Source: Alphaproteobacteria bacterium
GTDB lineage: Bacteria; Pseudomonadota; Alphaproteobacteria; UBA828
Length of the DNA stretch: 64,000 nt
Direction: 5' to 3'
Assembly (NCBI GenBank): GCA_963422645.2
Contig: CAXXVO010000010.1
Span: 26,303 to 90,302 of the forward strand
In this document: piece by piece, positions 61,749 to 64,000 of the stretch
Layout: every line of letters starts with the position of its first letter
Position numbering within the stretch: position 1 is the first letter of the stretch
Program-made: the position numbers and the translations under genes
Notes under the pieces: model-generated
The model's input: only the letters and a program-made list of their open reading frames with translations
What the model was told of the DNA's origin: nothing
Databases searched by the model: none

Positions 61749-64000
61749 TGCCCTCCGTCGCCGGCTCCCCGGTGGCACCCACGGCCACCGTCACCACCGT
61801 CGCCGATGTCCGCGGCGTTGCGTCGAGCTCTGCGGTCACCGTCACTTGCGTCGCCCCGGCATCTTCGGCGACCGTCGGTGCGCTCACCGTCAGCGTTACC
61901 TTCGAGGACGCCGTCTCGTCTTCGGTCACCGTCACGACAACGTCGGTGGCGTTTACCGAGCCATAATCGCCTCCCGACACAGCGTGTTCGATCGTGGCCG
62001 TGTCGGCATCGGCATCATGGGCCGCTTCGACCGTCACCGTCTGCGCCGTCGACCAGTTCCCGGTCGTGAACGTCAGAGGCGACGGCGCCACCGTCACATC
62101 CGAACTCCCGCTCCGCGACAGCACCACCGTCACCGGTCCGGTAGGCTCGGAGGTGAGCACCACCGTGTAGGTATCGTCGCCGCCCTCCGCCACCGCCAGC
62201 GTTGTCGGCGAGACGTCCACGCCGCGCGTGTCGTTGTCGGCGATCGTCACCTCGACGTTTGTCACCGTCAGGCCCTGGACGGTTCCGCCGATGGTCAGCG
62301 CCTCATCCGCCTCATCGATGTCGTCGTTCGCCGGCGTCAGCGTGAAGTCCACCGTCGCCGAGGTCTGGCCCGCGGGGATCGTCAAGGTCAAATCGCTGAC
62401 GCCGGTGTAGTCGGTTCCCTCCGTCGCCGCGTCGCCGGAGGCGCCCACCGACACCGTCACCACGGCGGCGGCCGCCAGGGGGATCCCGTTCAGTTCACCG
62501 GTCACCGTCACCTGGGTCGCTCACCAGCGTCCTCGGCAACCGTCGGCGCGCTCACCGTCAGCGTCACCTTCGTGGATACCCTGTCGTCGTCGGTCACCGT
62601 CACGACCACGTCGGCGGCGACCACCGAGCCGTAGTCGGCGCCCGATACGGTGTGTTCGATCGTCGCCGCGTCGGCGTCGGCGTCGGCGTCATGGGCCGCC
62701 GAAACCGTCACGTCCTGCTCGACGTTCCAGTTCACAGTGGTGAACGTCAGGCTGGCAGGATTCACCGTCACGTCGGAGCTGCCGGTCACCGACGGCATCA
62801 CCGTCACCGTCCCCGACGGCTGAGCCGTCAAAAACACACTGTAATAGTCGCTCCCGCCCTCAGCCACGGGCAGCGATGTCGGGTCAACATCGACTCCGAG
62901 TACATCTACTGCATTCACCCCGTGGCCGGAAAAGGGTGTCGTGACCATCGTGCCGCCGTTAGCTCGCACCAACAGGGGAGCCTTGTCCGCAACATCGCCA
63001 TGCTCCTGCCTGATGATGAACCCGCCGTTCCAGGTGATGGCGTGGTTGTTCACCTGTATCCCGTCCGGATCGGAGTCGCTGGCCTGGACCACGTACTCGA
63101 AACGCACGACATCGTCTCCCACCGTGGTCGTGTAAGCCGCCTGACGGGTTGTAGTCCCGATGACGACGCCGAGCGTGGGCGTGCCGCCGTCGGTGAAGAC
63201 GCTCACCTTGCGGTCGAAGGTCAGGTCGATCTTGATGGTTTCGCCGGTCGCGTAACTGGTGCCGGATGCCGGCGTTGAAGCCACGGTAACGCTGTCCACC
63301 TCCGGACGGACGTGAATCTTGTGGCCGCTTCGTGCCTCTATCGCGGCGTAATCCAGGTCCGCGTCCACGGCGCCCGCCTGGTTCTTGATCGCCCCGCCGT
63401 TACCGAGGACAATCCCGTTCCTGGGGAAGATGACCCCGTCATGGGAATAGTCGGTGGCCTTCACCGTGTAGGAGAACACCAGCGCCGTCGCCGTGCTGTC
63501 GGCAGCGACGTAACGGGGCTTCACCGTCATCGCCCCTTCGACGAGTCTCATTTTGATTTTGGGCGTTCCGGTCACCGCCACGGCCTCCGAGAACGTCACC
63601 GTGACCTTGATCGCGTCGTCCTTGACATATTCGCCGTCGCTGCCGGGATCCGAGGTGACTGCCACGCTTTCGACCACCGGGATGGTGGGGCTGGTGAAGT
63701 TGCCGACCCGGAAGACGCCGGAGAGCGCTAGGAAGCGCGATTCCGCCGTACTCAAATTGCTCGTCCCGCTCAAGGTGTGGGCGGTGTCACCGATCATCGT
63801 CGCGGTACAGGAGGCCGCACCGAGAGGTTGATCAGTCGTGCCGTCGTCGGCCGTGCCGGTACAAATGACTTGATCCCGGCGGTTCTGGGAAATTAACGTG
63901 CCATCCTCGAGTCTCGCGGAGAGGGCGCTTGTCCAGGAACCGTCGTAGAAATCGCCGTAGTTATTCGCGACTTTCGCGCCGTTGAGCCAATAGATCGGGA
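61749..64000 (-). pseudogene. Large repetitive surface protein (Calx-beta/cadherin-like repeats); starts beyond the window, frameshift near 62515, 3' end truncated
   Basis: T/V/D-rich repeats (LTFTTxNW, AAHDADAD, TVAEDAG, ATEGTDY); the frame is open to 63998 (PIYWLNGAKVANNYGDFYDGSW). Confidence 0.75.

Noticed and set aside
14103-62515. Frameshifts near 15140, 34465, 41215, 49810 and 62515 as programmed frameshifting
   Set aside because: No slippery sequences are evident and the affected genes are unrelated. Sequencing indels or recent decay are more likely.

Overview
GC-rich bacterial window. It is probably from an alphaproteobacterium, and the repeat-rich adhesin at the right edge resembles proteins of host-associated (e.g. 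sponge) symbionts; both points are inference. About two thirds of the window is mobile DNA in nested stacks. Ordinary genes are yggT, a VOC enzyme, a DSD1-like PLP enzyme, a PPOX/SDR/LLM trio, a Phd-VapC toxin-antitoxin pair, glnS, a HAD gene with a SorC-type regulator, and a 12-kb TetR-linked acyl-CoA/amidase/Liv-type ABC catabolic operon. Five mobile features stand out. (1) A 7-kb TG...CA transposon (54439-61395) couples a Mu/IS481-like DDE integrase and ExeA-type ATPase to a RecA/DnaB-fold helicase and a DUF3991/Toprim primase-like gene, with a candidate origin. (2) Two different IS66-family elements carry a translationally coupled adenine methyltransferase inside their TIRs. (3) Five head-to-tail copies of an IS110 bridge-recombinase element sit at the antitoxin-toxin junction, and a sixth sits in the primase gene; the AA core and candidate guide segments can be read from the sequence. 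(4) A 206-bp non-autonomous IS110-type mini-element is fixed inside an IS66 end. (5) Two nested large CAG...CTG IS4-like elements are present. Several single-base frameshifts may be long-read errors.
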